64,000 bases of DNA, taken from assembly GCA_030141605.1 (NCBI GenBank), contig JAQGDQ010000245.1, positions 62,001 through 126,000 on the forward strand, in the 5' to 3' direction. The notes beneath the pieces are model-generated. The model made no database searches, was not told where the DNA came from, and saw only the letters and a program-made list of their open reading frames with translations. This document shows, piece by piece, positions 51,583 through 64,000 of the stretch. Positions within the stretch are counted from its first letter, which is position 1; every line of letters starts with the position of its first letter. The translations under genes were made by a program, and so were the position numbers. Source of the stretch: Tubiluchus corallicola. Lineage: Eukaryota > Animalia > Priapulida.

Positions 51583-54500
51583 ATGACTGATTTGAGAATA
51601 GCAGTCGTTTGCTCTAGTAATCAAAATAGAAGTATGGAGGCTCATAGTTTTTTAAGGTGCGGTACCAGTGATTGTGATTCAGTTCATTTTGTGAGCTTGA
51701 GTTGACGTCGTTTAATGATTACTCTTGATGATTTTGCGGACTGAATAATGAATAAAATTTCTTTTTGATCAGTTTGCCGTACCTTGGCCTATTATTGTGT
51801 TAATTTTTATTCTGTTAGTTTCTAGTCCTTAGTTATAGAAGTAGCACTGTTAAAGTTTCTAGTCCTTAGTTATAGAACTAGAAGTTATAGAACTAGCATT
51901 GTTAAAGTTTCTAGTCCTTAGTTATAGAACTAGCATTGTTAACCACAAACAAGTTCTACTTTCCCATTGTACATGTTGAGATTCATTTATTGTTGATTAA
52001 ATATTTCATTGTTAGTAAAAATGTTGCCGTGAATTTGCTTGTTTCATTGCTTCTGTAACATAGCTAAATCTGTTATTAGGTTAGTTCACACTTCAATTTT
52101 CTAGCAAAATTCTAGGCACATTCATATTTTTGCTACTGAATCTGCATGCCTGCATTATGTTTTCCCAGTGCCAGTTCAATTGACGTTAATACGTTACTTG
52201 ACATAGTTGAGACAAACTCATTACATGTATTTTTGTTTGAGTTGCTATATGAATCAGCTCTGATCATTTATTTTTCATCCCAATAATAAAACATAGAAAA
52301 ATAGGTATAAATTAAAAAAAACAAATGGGAAGGGTGACGAAGAACATTAGTTATCAAATCAGCTACCCCAAGCTGAGTATTGAATTAGTATTGCAGTGCT
52401 GTGAATATAAATTAACTGTGTATAAGCTGAAATATACACACACACACGCCCATGCACACGCACAAATATATATATTGTATATACTGTATATATTTCTGTA
52501 GTAATATTAAAAAAAATGAGATATTTTCTTGCTACCTAATTATTTCATTAAGTTATGTACTTCATTTGCCTGTGATTTACTATACATAAAATTTTCTAAT
52601 TTTTAACTGGAGAACGAAAATAAAATTAACAGAAAATAAAATTATTACTATAATTTTAACTTAAATATTAATACAGTCAACCTCGGGTGTAAGGTATCGC
52701 TTATAAGGGGCATTCGCTTTTAAGGGACCACCGGTCCCGACTTTTTGTAACATTTTTCCTTGTAAAAAGCTTCGTATATAAGGTACTCGGATATAAGGGA
52801 CTTTCGGTTATAAGGGACGATTATCTTCAGGTTCCGCATAATAGAAACCCAGGTGAATTACCTCGCATTTAAGAGACCCTATGATCAAATATTTTTTACA
52901 TCCTAAAAAGGCTGCCGAGCTCCGCGCGGGCCCGACTCTATTCCCTTGGACTACGGTCGGGTCTTGTGGCTGTAATGATGTGGGTAACTAGTTGGTGGCA
53001 AGGGTAATGCCGGATGAAAGAAATAGGTCAGAGTGCAAGGTGTGACTTACTACCACGGGTCCATCGCAGCAAGAGACGATGCCGAGTTTATTGCATTGTA
53101 GTAATAGTAGTTACTGTTAATGATTCTCAACTCCAATCTTATTTGATTAGCCAGTTCTAGCTTGTTTGATTATGACAAAAAATAAATTAAATACGAGAAA
53201 AATCTTTAGTGTAACATTTGTATAAACATTATTGGCATAACTACCAGTAGTAAAATGGCTTGTAATTGGGATGAGTTTAAATAAACATCAGTTTTTGTGT
53301 TCAATTCAAGACGATTGGATGTGTTTGCATTAAATGGCTATATTACATACATTGTGAGAAACGGTGCATTGGGCATTAGGCTACCAGATAAGGTATATAG
53401 AGCTCGCAGGTGTAGATACACCCTCGGTCTGACTCAACTTCGGCTATAAGAGACATCGGATATAAGGGACAATTTTTCCGGTCCGGAGGTGTCCCTTATA
53501 TCCGAGGTTGACTGTTATTCATTTCAAGTTAAAAACAAAAGGAAAAAAGTGAACTACATCTGTTTATGATATCATGGTACAGATGAACGTTAATTAATGA
53601 TAACTCAATAAACTTGGGGAAAATAAAACAAAAAATACAGAAAAATTCCATCATGCAGTTATAATTATCAGTTTACAATAATACTCACTGATCAGTATGA
53701 TTATAAAAAGTGTTCAACACCATTTAAACTAACATTTTAAGTCTTACAATGTCAGTTTAGCTGCAGAAGGTTATAGATGTAGATGTCTTTCAGCCAGTGA
53801 TATTTGTCTTCACTTTAGTTTTCAGTTTGCATTTGTTTAAATGTTTGCATTACTGCTGTTCCTGGATCAAATTTAAGTTTTCTGAGTGGTTATGCCCAAG
53901 AATGAAATTATTAGTGATCTGGATGCGAGTTCTGATAACACCAAAATAGTTGAGGGTAGCCTAATTACAAAAGGCGTTAAGCTAGAAATATGTTAGTTAT
54001 TTAATTTTTTTAGTCATGTTATTTATGGCTGTTTCATTTTGTAATTTTTTAGCATAATGTTAAAATTTCTTGTTCTGTTTTCAATTTGCTGCTTGATAGT
54101 TTAGTCTGTATAATGCAGTTAATATGCTGATACTCATGTAACATAACTATTGTATATAAATTTACTATTACATTTGTTTGTGCTCATTCTGCCTGACCCT
54201 TACTGGGTGGTAAAATGTTTATTCTGTCTATGCACATTTTGGTAGAATGAACCTGTGAATTACATGTTGTGAGCTGTAAGTGACATCACGGGTTTTGTCA
54301 ATCTTTACATTCCCAACTGCAGTATTTGAACTATTTTTAGTTATGAATGTGAGTTATTGGCAACTCGTCCACATGTCATTACAATTTATCTTGTTTAATT
54401 TCACGTGTTGCACTGCACTTTATATTTTACAAACTAAAATTAGATAAAAAGTTACACTGCAGAGTAATTGGTAGTCTATTTTTTGTATAGCCTATAAAAA

Positions 54501-54745
54501 GCAATTGATTGTTAATTTAAATTAAGTGATTTAATTTCAGTCAGGTTTGTAACTGCTTACTTCTTGTGGTGATTAACCTTTATTTCTTTCCCTTTTTTCA
54601 GTAAACGTGGTTTTCAAGTGAAGTCTTTTGGAACGGGCACTAATGTTAAATTACCAGGTGCAGCTCCTGATAAACCCAACATCTATGACTTCAACACAAC
54701 CTATGATGACATGTACCAGGATTTGTTAAGAAAAGATCGGAATTT
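51583..54745 (+). CDS. SSU72: RNA Pol II CTD phosphatase SSU72, coding exons 1-2 (partial)
   Basis: Exon 51583-51656 MTDLRIAVVCSSNQNRSMEAHSFLS (CX5R active site) and exon 54602-54745 KRGFQVKSFGTGTNVKLPGAAPDKPNIYDFNTTYDDMYQDLLRKDRNL. Both are too short for the ORF track. Confidence 0.93.
51818..51942. repeat. Short tandem repeat, about 3 copies of a ~38-bp unit
   Basis: Unit gtttctagtccttagttatagaa(g/c)tagca(c/t)tgttaaa. Confidence 0.85.
52674..53514. mobile_element. pogo/Tigger-like (Tc1/mariner superfamily) MITE in SSU72 intron 1
   Basis: TA-cagtcaacctcgg ... ccgaggttgactg terminal inverted repeats, with multiple subterminal tataaggga motifs. Confidence 0.85.
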
Positions 54746-57144
54746 GTATCCAGTTTTATGTTCATATGATTTATAGTTATACATACCTTTGTGAGGTAGA
54801 CGGGTAAGATAAAGACAGCTTTTTGTGTATAACCTTTTTCACATTTTAGAATTTGATCAAATAGTCATCACATTTTCACAAAATCAAGTTTCAATGACAT
54901 GCACAATAATGGCAATATAACAACATAGTTTTATTTCAACGTTAATAATCGTAATTACCGCTTCATTCCCGGACAATTGTGCATATCACGTTTGCAGTTT
55001 GCACACCATACCATCCCCAGAAACTCATGAAAGGCTGAAGTCACTTTACTATCAGCTCTGAAAACAGGTATTTTTTGGTTCGATTATGAATTATTGTTCT
55101 TATGATTTAAAGATATTATGTACTGTTTTTTAAAGTCTAAAGCTTAACTTATGCCTTTGGCAAATTTTTGACTCCCTAAAAATAGTTTTCAGTGTGTGAA
55201 GCTTCATTTAAGTTTTCTGTACAACTGTTATGAATTAAAAAAGGGAAATTACTCTCTGGCCTCAAGTTTTGTTGTGTTATATGGTCTAGCTTTATTGTCC
55301 GACTGAATGGGCGGCTGAACTGGTTAGGGCGGTTTCGAATGCTTGTTTACCTAGTAGAGATGATGTAGTTACATTCATTTGTGGCCAAAACACCTACTGT
55401 GTTGGTAGCTCATCTTGGAGACAGCAAGATCTCAGTCTCTCTGTAAGCCATGCTTTATTGCGGCTTGAGCTATGTCAAAGTTGTATAAATAACACATGAC
55501 AATGTTATAGTGGTTAACTTTGAATTAAGCTAGAAGAGCAAAAGAATTTGAGATAGGTCCGCCTGATGTTTTCTTTCAAAGATTTTTAAGTTTTTTTACC
55601 CGAATTCTGTTGATTAAAATTCAAAACTTCAAATTTCTTTAAGAAGCTAAAGCCACCAGCCTTTTGGTTTTATTTTCCTAATTGAGGATCCATCGCTTGA
55701 AACAAAGCCAAAGTTGCTTTGGCCTTTCCTCAGGTTTGGATTTTCTCGATAGTGTAAAACATTTTCTGTTTTAATTTGAAAGGGATTAAAAATGAAAATC
55801 TCGTTAACTTTAGTCTTCTGAGAATTTGCATTATGAGGCAAAAAGTATTATTATTAACCGAGTTTTATTCTGTTAAAACTAGTTTTTTGCATGCATTTAT
55901 GACTGCTCTTTAAGATTTTAACCCATTGATCAGTAATTCATAATCAAATAATAAAGCCATTTTGTTCAGGTCAGACTTTTTTCAAATCACATCCTTTAAA
56001 ACATACTGTATGCACAGACATAGAGTGTACACAATTCAACTTTCACACAGCAAATAAACTACTCAACATTCTGTGAACAAAACATTTTACATTCATCGTA
56101 CTGTCTTACTGTAACATTAACTAGGTCACTAACCTTAGGGAAACAAGTTTGCTGATGTGAAGTGAACTTAACATTGTGTCCTGCATGGCTAGTCACCGAT
56201 GTGAATAGCTGGACTTATATTTATTGTAATTTAGTATGATATGTTAAAACAAAAAAGATCAATAAAATGATGATCAAAAATTTTGTGAAAATAAAGGTTT
56301 CTTTGTTTCATTGTTGCTGTTTGTTTTGATTCTTGGCACTTGACGAACACCAATAACTTAGCTAGAGGTTGCTAAAGTTTTTCTCTGTTCAAATAAGAAA
56401 GCAGTGAGTAAAAAAATTACTTGATGGGGACAAATGCAGATTTGTCAAATAACAAGCAGATCTGCAAGTGTCAAAGCAAGAAATCCATGGTATCCAGAAA
56501 TTTGTCCATTAAACAGTGTCAAACAACTATTGATGTAAACAGTGTCCAATAGCTCCAAAAAATGTTTTATTTTTTATTGAACCTTTATATGCTGTTTCCA
56601 ACAAACTTTTTGGCTTGACGTCCTGGAATGCTGATCTCAGATATCAAAAAACAAAAAAGTAATTACATGTACACTGTACATTTGAGAAAGTAGATCTGCA
56701 TATGAAGTTCGATATTTCAAACTTCATGACATGTAATTATAATTTATTATACAGGCTAGTGTTCCCTGCTTTATCAAAGGTAAACCTAGCTTATAATGTT
56801 TGCTTTTTTGTCATTAGGCGGTGTCACAGTTTTAAATGACGTCTTGTGAAGAAAAGTAAATTTCTAACATTGATTAAAAACATAACCTTGCAGTCCTGAA
56901 GTTATTACTCAACAGTTAGTACTACCAGTAGTGTAATTTATGTCGTGTACAGAGATGCTAAACATTGCAGGCCACAGGATTATGCGTATATATACGTATA
57001 TTTTTCCAATACAAATCCTGTGCTAAGAAAGTGAACGTTTGGCAGCGTGCCAAGGATATCACTTGCATAAAAAGTAACCCTTAACTAATAGACCCTTCAC
57101 CTAGTTAGTGTGGGGGTGTTAAGTCAGAATAAGGAGAATCTGTT

Positions 57145-57568
57145 TGCCTTCCTTTTATTTCTTACTCCCATCAGCTTTTCCTCTGTCTGTCTCTTGCTCT
57201 CTCTGTTGTCGTCTGTCTTATTTCTTGTCTCTGTTTCTAGTTTGCCCTCTTTCTGTTGCCCTGTGTTTTGTTTTCCATAGCCTCTGGCATTTCTTTGTCT
57301 CTTGCTTGTTTGTTGCAGTGTGTTTTGCTGTCTGGTCTTCAGTTTTCTTACCTCCCTCTGTCTCTGTCCTTTCTCTCTGTTGCTCTTTTTCAGTTGTTTG
57401 TTCTCTTTCTGTTGCCGTGTGTTGTGTTGTCTTATTTTCAGTTCCCCCTTTGCTCTTTGACTTTCATTTGCTCGTTTTCTGTTGTTGCGTGTTTTGCTGT
57501 CTCGTCTTCAGTCTTCTTTCCTATTCCTGTCCTCTGCTTGCTTTCGTCGTGTGTTGCTTTTGTTCCGC

Positions 57569-57609
<41 letters not shown>

Positions 57610-57616
57610 CCTCCCT

Positions 57617-57661
<45 letters not shown>

Positions 57662-57725
57662 CCTCTCTCTCTCTCTCACTCTTTTGTCTTCTTGTCTAAC
57701 TTTCCTTTGTTTCTCGCTTGGCTAC
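57145..57725. repeat. Pyrimidine-rich low-complexity tract containing a (CT)n/(CCCT)n microsatellite (~57570-57677)
   Basis: Seen directly in the sequence; all three + frames are spuriously open. Confidence 0.9.
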
Positions 57726-60700
57726 TGTTGTTTCAGTATATCAAACACCACAATGTTGTGAAAAACCGAGAGTTCGTGTAAATATTGAACTTCGCGGTTT
57801 TGAGGGGGTGTTCTACTGTCTAGTCTGTTCTCTCTGTCTCCCTCTCCTGTCGCGTGCCGAGTTATCTTAGTCCTTTTGTTGCTGTCTGTCTTTTGTCATT
57901 CGTTTTGCTTTCCTTATCTCACTTCAGTACGACAGGCGCCACACTTTTGTGCATCTGAGAGCTCGCGTCAAAAATTGGGCTTCACAAATGAAGGGTTTAG
58001 GACAATGACTGCAACTAGTATGGCTATGACAATTTAGTTTGAGCTGGTCTTACTAATGCTACATTGCGTGGGTCGCCTGTGCAAAGTTTTCATTGTATCA
58101 GTCGATGAGATGATAAATACGTTGTACTGTAGTTTAATTTGTGTCAAGTTGTGTCCCTTGTCTCTAAAGCTTGATGGAATGGACCTCTACCTGATCACTT
58201 GTTCATGGATATGGTAGTTTCCAATGGCTTCCATTGCTACTTACTGGGATGAGCGATCTTGAGGCTTTCATTTGGGTAAGTAAACGTAGTTTGTTTCAAA
58301 TTCTGGTCCGTATGAGTTTTGCGCTTATTTTGTTTCAGCATGACACATTTTCGCATGTCAGACTGCAATGAATGGTAGTTTGAGCTTCTCGTCAGGAGCA
58401 AATTTAGACCTAATTTAAAGTACTTAGTGGTCTAGGTGTATTTACGAGCAGAGATTAATTTTCTCATAAGTTTGGCATTCTGTGTCCTCTCAGGGTCTTA
58501 ACGGTATGTGGTTGAATGATAAACGTGATGAAATCTATTGCTCGACACACATTTGGCTAACTTCAAACGAATGGATGTGCCAAAATGTGAATGTCTGGTC
58601 TCAACTTTTGGTGACATTTCACAGATTACAGCAAAGTAGAAAACCAGACCGTTAGCGTATGTAATAACATTAGGTTTAAAGATTCAGGGTCGCTGTCTAT
58701 TAGAATTAATTGATAGGTTGAAAAAAGTGCAGGCAAAGTGGCAAGAGGGGCTTCGAAGATGATAATTATTGTCTTGCAACTCGAACTTCAAATAGTCCTA
58801 GGCGTTTAAGGCTTCTCAGCTCAGTCAGCGAGTTGATGCACCCAAAAATAATTGTATTGTACCTGTCTTCAAAGGAACAGAAGAAGAAAACTACCAGCAA
58901 AATGGCAAGACTTGTTTAAAGGAATTGGGTAAAAACATTACCAGAGACGTTTATAAAATAGAATTAATTATTACTGTATATTGTACAACTCAAAAACCAA
59001 GCTTTTGTGCAACCAAATTTAGACAAGTTTTAGTACTTTATAGGGACTTAATTTTTTTAATTTGATTTGATTTTTAAGTATATGATTTAAGGTCAGTTAG
59101 AGCTCAAAAACTGTATGGGGAGTAACCAACTTGAGTGACGTAATACAATACTAAAGGTAGGGAAATAGCTGGTCACGGTGTGTGCTTGCAACTGAAGTTA
59201 AGCTATTTAAGGGTTTGTCTGCTAACGGATGGGTGAAAGTTCATTGCAATACTGCACTCACCTATTTATATAACTCGCGGTTATTGAAGAAGGATGTATA
59301 TGTGGCATCTCTGTCCGCATGTTATCTCATCTCTATCTCATGTTAGTGGATTGTCACGTTTTTGATACAAATGTCCTCAAACGAGGTCAATGGCCACTCA
59401 TGGTGAGGGTCACAGTAGAAAGGTAAAGATATGAAGACGTCGCCAGAGTAATCACAACCAGACAGTCTGGTGGCTTCAGTTTGTTACACTGACTCGCTCG
59501 ACAGATATAAATCATAGACTGTAACATCGTATTCATTGGCACCATTGTTTTCATTGCAGTTTATTGTTTACTGAAGGTCAGATGCTGCACCAGGCACCTT
59601 TTAGCTTTACTTCTATATAAGATGCTCTCAGAACCTCTTGTCACAGTCACTTGTTACAGAACCAAATGCCAACAGTTTATTCGCAATATTCGATTTTCTA
59701 CAGTTTCTCATATTTTTACCTTGGCATGCCGAGATGTAAAACAGCCGCATATAAATCCATTTTTTCTCGGGCTTCTATAGAATTTTCTACGTGAAAGTTA
59801 TTTCCCTGAAACTAGTTACTTCCTATAGTTTCAGAAGTTTGACAATTTCGAGAACGATGCGTGCGTCTCACTTTTTTATGTTAACGCAAACTAATAGGAA
59901 ACATCAGCTTTATAGTAGGCGGCGTAGTGTCATGATGGCGAGAAAGGTTATAAGCTTCGGTCTCAGTCTCAGCTCAAAGGCACTTCAAGATCCCTTTAAT
60001 TTCAAACAACTGAGGTATTCTAACGGGCTTTGTCAAATGTGGCATTGCGGAAAGTATCAGGCAGAATAGTAGCATTATCGTAGATCTGACCTTTTTTAGT
60101 TGTACTGTATAGTTTTTAGTAAGTATATAGTCTGGCAGGCCGCTGCATGATGGCTAGCATATACAAGGTAAGGGCCTTAAACGGCGATTACAAAACCTTA
60201 CCGAACACCCGTCCAGCTTTAATTTCATACAGAAGAAGGTTGCCTTTCATAACGATTAGTAGTTGACGAAGTTTCGAGCTTGCCACAATCATACCATATG
60301 GATTTCTGGTTTCGTAGTAGCACTGTGCGAAAATATGGAGGGGGGGCGGCAGATTTGGGGATTGCGCTGTATTACCTTAAGTAGGAACTTCAAGGTCAAT
60401 TTTTGAAAATAATGAGATATAAAAGCCGATTAATATAAAATTTATCATACTGAAACCCCTTCACTTGTAAGCCTATTATTCATTTAGCTTCAGTTCGTTT
60501 TAGATCTGAGCGTTTTTGATTTATTGAGCTTTCGGGTCGCGAAAGTTTGGATATGCTCAAAGTAAGCGCAAGAAAACCCTCCACTTACATCAAGCTTAAA
60601 AAATTCGTCTTGAAGTTTTATACCACTTACACACTGCCTTTATGCATGCAGAGCTTGCGTTGGCAGTAACGCTGCATAAAACTTGTAAATTTAAGTTCGC

Positions 60701-61789
60701 GCGATGACCATTAGGCCCAGCCATTTTATTGGTAGTTCGTTTGGAACAAGTTTAGATAACATGCGTCAAGTTTGAAAAAATAATCATGCGTAGCACACAT
60801 GTTACTAACTAAGTAAAATTTTAAATTACTGTTTCTTGTCAATAACATTAAAAATACGTTTTTGGTTAGTGAGTGCATGGCGCACCCTGGAGGGTGAGCT
60901 AGCGACATTTAACCAATTGGCACGAACATTTTAAATTATTATTTCTAGTTACATAAGTCTTTCCAGCAGGCAAACGAAATTCTAAGTAATATAGATTTGC
61001 ATGGAAAGTTTTTTGAACTTAATTTAACATTGCCTTTTCTTTCCCTGATTTACGTTTGCGTAGGTGACGACCTCGGAACAGTATTGCAGGAGATTTAAAA
61101 TGAAAACAAACAAAACTTCCTTTTAACGCGAGTACGATATATGCATAAAAATGCTATAAAGTAATATACTTTTTAAGGCGAGTTTTCAGAAACCTACTTC
61201 AGGTACCCCATTCTTGTCCTGCGTAAATGCCCGAATACGTATAATATAGGTTGAAAGTAATACTGTACTAGAGTTGACTTAAACTTATTAAATCCATAAA
61301 GATTAATGACATTAGCATTTAGTTCTTCTCTATCTGACGTAGGTGAAAGTGAAATTCATTTATGGACTTTGCAGTTCACGGAATTTCTAGATGAATATTT
61401 TTATGAGGACAAATCTAACCCTCTAAAGTAGGGCAGATTTGCTTAGTTGTTTCTCAGAAATATCAGCTGTGTCAGCCAGTGTGTATGTGCAAGATTAAGC
61501 TTAATTTTAAAAAGAATTAAATTGAAGTACATTGTCGTTAAAATCATGACGTACTGACTGCAACTTGCAGGATGATGAAACGGATAAGTCTGATTAACAC
61601 ATGTATAATTTCTTCTAATTGCGCGTTATTAAAAGAATTCAACATAACTAAAGTTTTATTGAAATCGGTATGGTTATAAATTTACTCATTTCATGCATCT
61701 GCAAACCCGTATTATCCAGGTCAGAGATCAGAAGAAGCAACAAAATTAATGATAAGAATGACTATTATAATGCATATAATCTGAACTTG

Positions 61790-62600
61790 GTTAAAGGAAA
61801 ACAGGATGATTTTTCAAATTTACCAAGGGCATATTAACCAATAGGCTAACTAAGCTATAGCCTAGGTCGCCAAAGTTTGAGGGGCGTCACATTTTAGAAA
61901 AAATCCGCCCATCATTTTAGAAAAAAATCCTTTTTGTTTATTCTGCTCATTACATAAACAACCACAAATTCACAATAGAGATGGACGGGACAGAACTATC
62001 AGCCTAGGGTGCTGTGAAGTCTTAATATACACCCATGAATACTACCCCATTCTCAAGTCCGACAAAAAGTATTCATTTTAACACAATTAATAGTGCAAAG
62101 GCGTTTTTGATAATCAAATGATAGATTAAAAACTTAATTAACGGCGGGCGAGCCCAACTATTGATGACATCACAAACTAACATCATTCTCAACAGCAGAA
62201 ATATTCCACGAGCGTGCTGCACTACTGCGAAAGCGAAAATTGAAGTACAGCACTACTGTAAGTGGTTCAGTGCGTTGTACTAAAACAAGGGAAGTTTTAA
62301 GATAAAAACTCAAATTTCAAATGTACCGCTGTGCTCACGCATGAGCTGTCGAACGTATGCAGTTCGTCACAAACTAACACATCTGAACTGAGATGTACAG
62401 AACCTGTTTTTTGTGGAACGCGTTCCCCAGACGGCGCTAGTGCCCGTCTAACTATCAAATGGCGAAATACGTGTAGTAGCGAGGAACTAGTGGCGCGAAC
62501 GCGAAATTGTGTTTGTGTGGTAATAGTTCTTTCACGTAAGTCATTTTTGGAAAAAAATAGCATGTTTCCGTTCAATATTTTGATGAGTAGATTGTTTCGG
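61790..62600 (+). mobile_element. Interspersed repeat, copy 2 (homologous to 13530-14110), carrying a nested ~214-bp insertion at ~61824-62037
   Basis: Alignment with copy 1 breaks after gatgattttt and resumes at ctacccca. Insert ends caagggcatattaa / ttaatatacacccatg. Confidence 0.72.
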
Positions 62601-64000
62601 CCTACAGTTTAAGATTAGGTTCGGTTTTGCTTGAAAGAAGACTCTTGCAAAGCCCGGGAATATACCAAAGTCTTGAATTAAAGGTGCTGTTAATCTTCTG
62701 GTTAGCCTCTAACCTTTCATTAGCTTTCAAACATTTACATGTTCTTTGAGGTGCGGAAGTTAAGTAGGACTTTAAAGAAAACAGAAACATTTCATGCATG
62801 GTAATAGCAGCAAATCACTACAGCTTTATTTATGAATCTAGAAAAGTTCTTCATCTACCTTTTTCATTACACGCTGCAGAAAAATAATTGATAACACAGA
62901 ACAAATTTTTAAACCGCGAAGTGTAAGAACACATTTTCAGTCCCATTTTCTTACACTTCATGGTTTTAACATTTTAAACCTCTTATTTTCAAACTTCACT
63001 TTAATGTTTTGGGTCTTGATGTCTTCGTATTCATGTTACATTAAGAAAATGTTGATTTGCAGAACGTAGTAGAAATTAGCTTAAAAAGCTGCACAATTTT
63101 AGAAACACTCCAACAAACGAGAATTGTGACCTTTCATCTGTATTTATGTCAGATTGAGTAGCCTTTAATTCAGCACAGTGGCTTCAATTATTAACAGATT
63201 TGTCTGGTTTGAGATGTTAGATCCGTCATCTTGTACACTGTTAAAAAAGGGTTAATGCATGTATCTATACCTTGTTGATAACGGCTTATAAATTGTAAAT
63301 ACGTAGCCTAAATGTGCATACCAATGTTGAACACATTTAAAAGGCCTGTTGAGGTAATTAACATTTTATAGTCTGTGTGTTTTTTGTGGTTCTCGACCAT
63401 TATCTATGGGATTCGCTCTGCTTTGTTAAAACTTCAAGTGAAATTCACTTCTTAGGCTGCAGTAGGAATAAAAGCAGCGCACAAAATTGTATGTTCGCAT
63501 TTTGATGATTTTTTTCATTTGTTGATTTTGAAATAGGAAAACTCAGTTGTTAAATGTTTAGTAAAACAGACTGTCATTTTGTTAGTCAGTTAGTTACCTG
63601 GTCAGTTTGCTCCTGGCCACTAATTATTCAGTCAGTCAGTCGATCAGTCTCTGGCAGTAAGGCCCACAACACACATGAATACGCACCTAGCATTTAGCAT
63701 CATGTAAGAAAACATAAAACATAAAGATCGCGCGCATGCTTCTCCAGCTTCAGGCATCCAGTTTCAACAAAACTTTTCCAGCAAACACAAGATGCTGCAT
63801 GGTTTTATTTTGCTGGATGCTGACAAGCAAAACTAAATGAGGACGCAGTGCTTTCTGCAATAGTACATTCGTAGATGTATAATTATAGATCTATAATTAC
63901 TATTGCTAATTATTATAATTAAGTATTTGATTGTTTACTGCAATGGGAATTATTGCATAAGTATTGCAATAGGAATTTATTTAATTTAGTTAAATTTTAT

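Noticed and set aside
51818-51942. CRISPR-like repeat array
   Set aside because: Head-to-tail tandem units without unique spacers, located in a eukaryotic intron.
53892-53996. 34-aa ORF with a donor-like GTTAGT as an alternative SSU72 first exon
   Set aside because: It would end in phase 1 while exon 2 needs phase 2, and it lacks the catalytic CX5R motif.
57144-57781. 205-, 147- and 99-aa hydrophobic ORFs
   Set aside because: Artefacts of an A-poor CT-rich tract that rarely forms stop codons.

Overview
AT-rich genomic DNA from an invertebrate animal, with spliced genes whose exons I reconstructed by hand from GT-AG boundaries and reading-frame phase. From left to right: an orphan secreted Cys-containing protein exon (-); a Crumbs-like LamG/EGF type I membrane protein (+); SLC39A7/ZIP7 (-); EXOC3/Sec6 (+); CLINT1/epsinR (-); MED28 (+); and the first two coding exons of SSU72 (+; I did not find the remaining exons in the window). 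Introns and spacers hold hAT-type and pogo-type MITEs, CR1- and RTE-type LINE remnants, a probable tRNA-derived SINE and simple repeats. I found no clearly new multi-gene system. The most interesting leads concern RNA processing and protein architecture: (1) a candidate signal-peptide exon of the Crumbs-like gene interrupted by a single in-frame TGA-C; (2) an AG|GTAAGT recursive-type site at its TM/tail exon; (3) an unusually long 17-EGF juxtamembrane array with an ERLV terminus; (4) a U12-like GTATCC donor in SSU72. Gene names come from my recall of conserved motifs, not from database searches.
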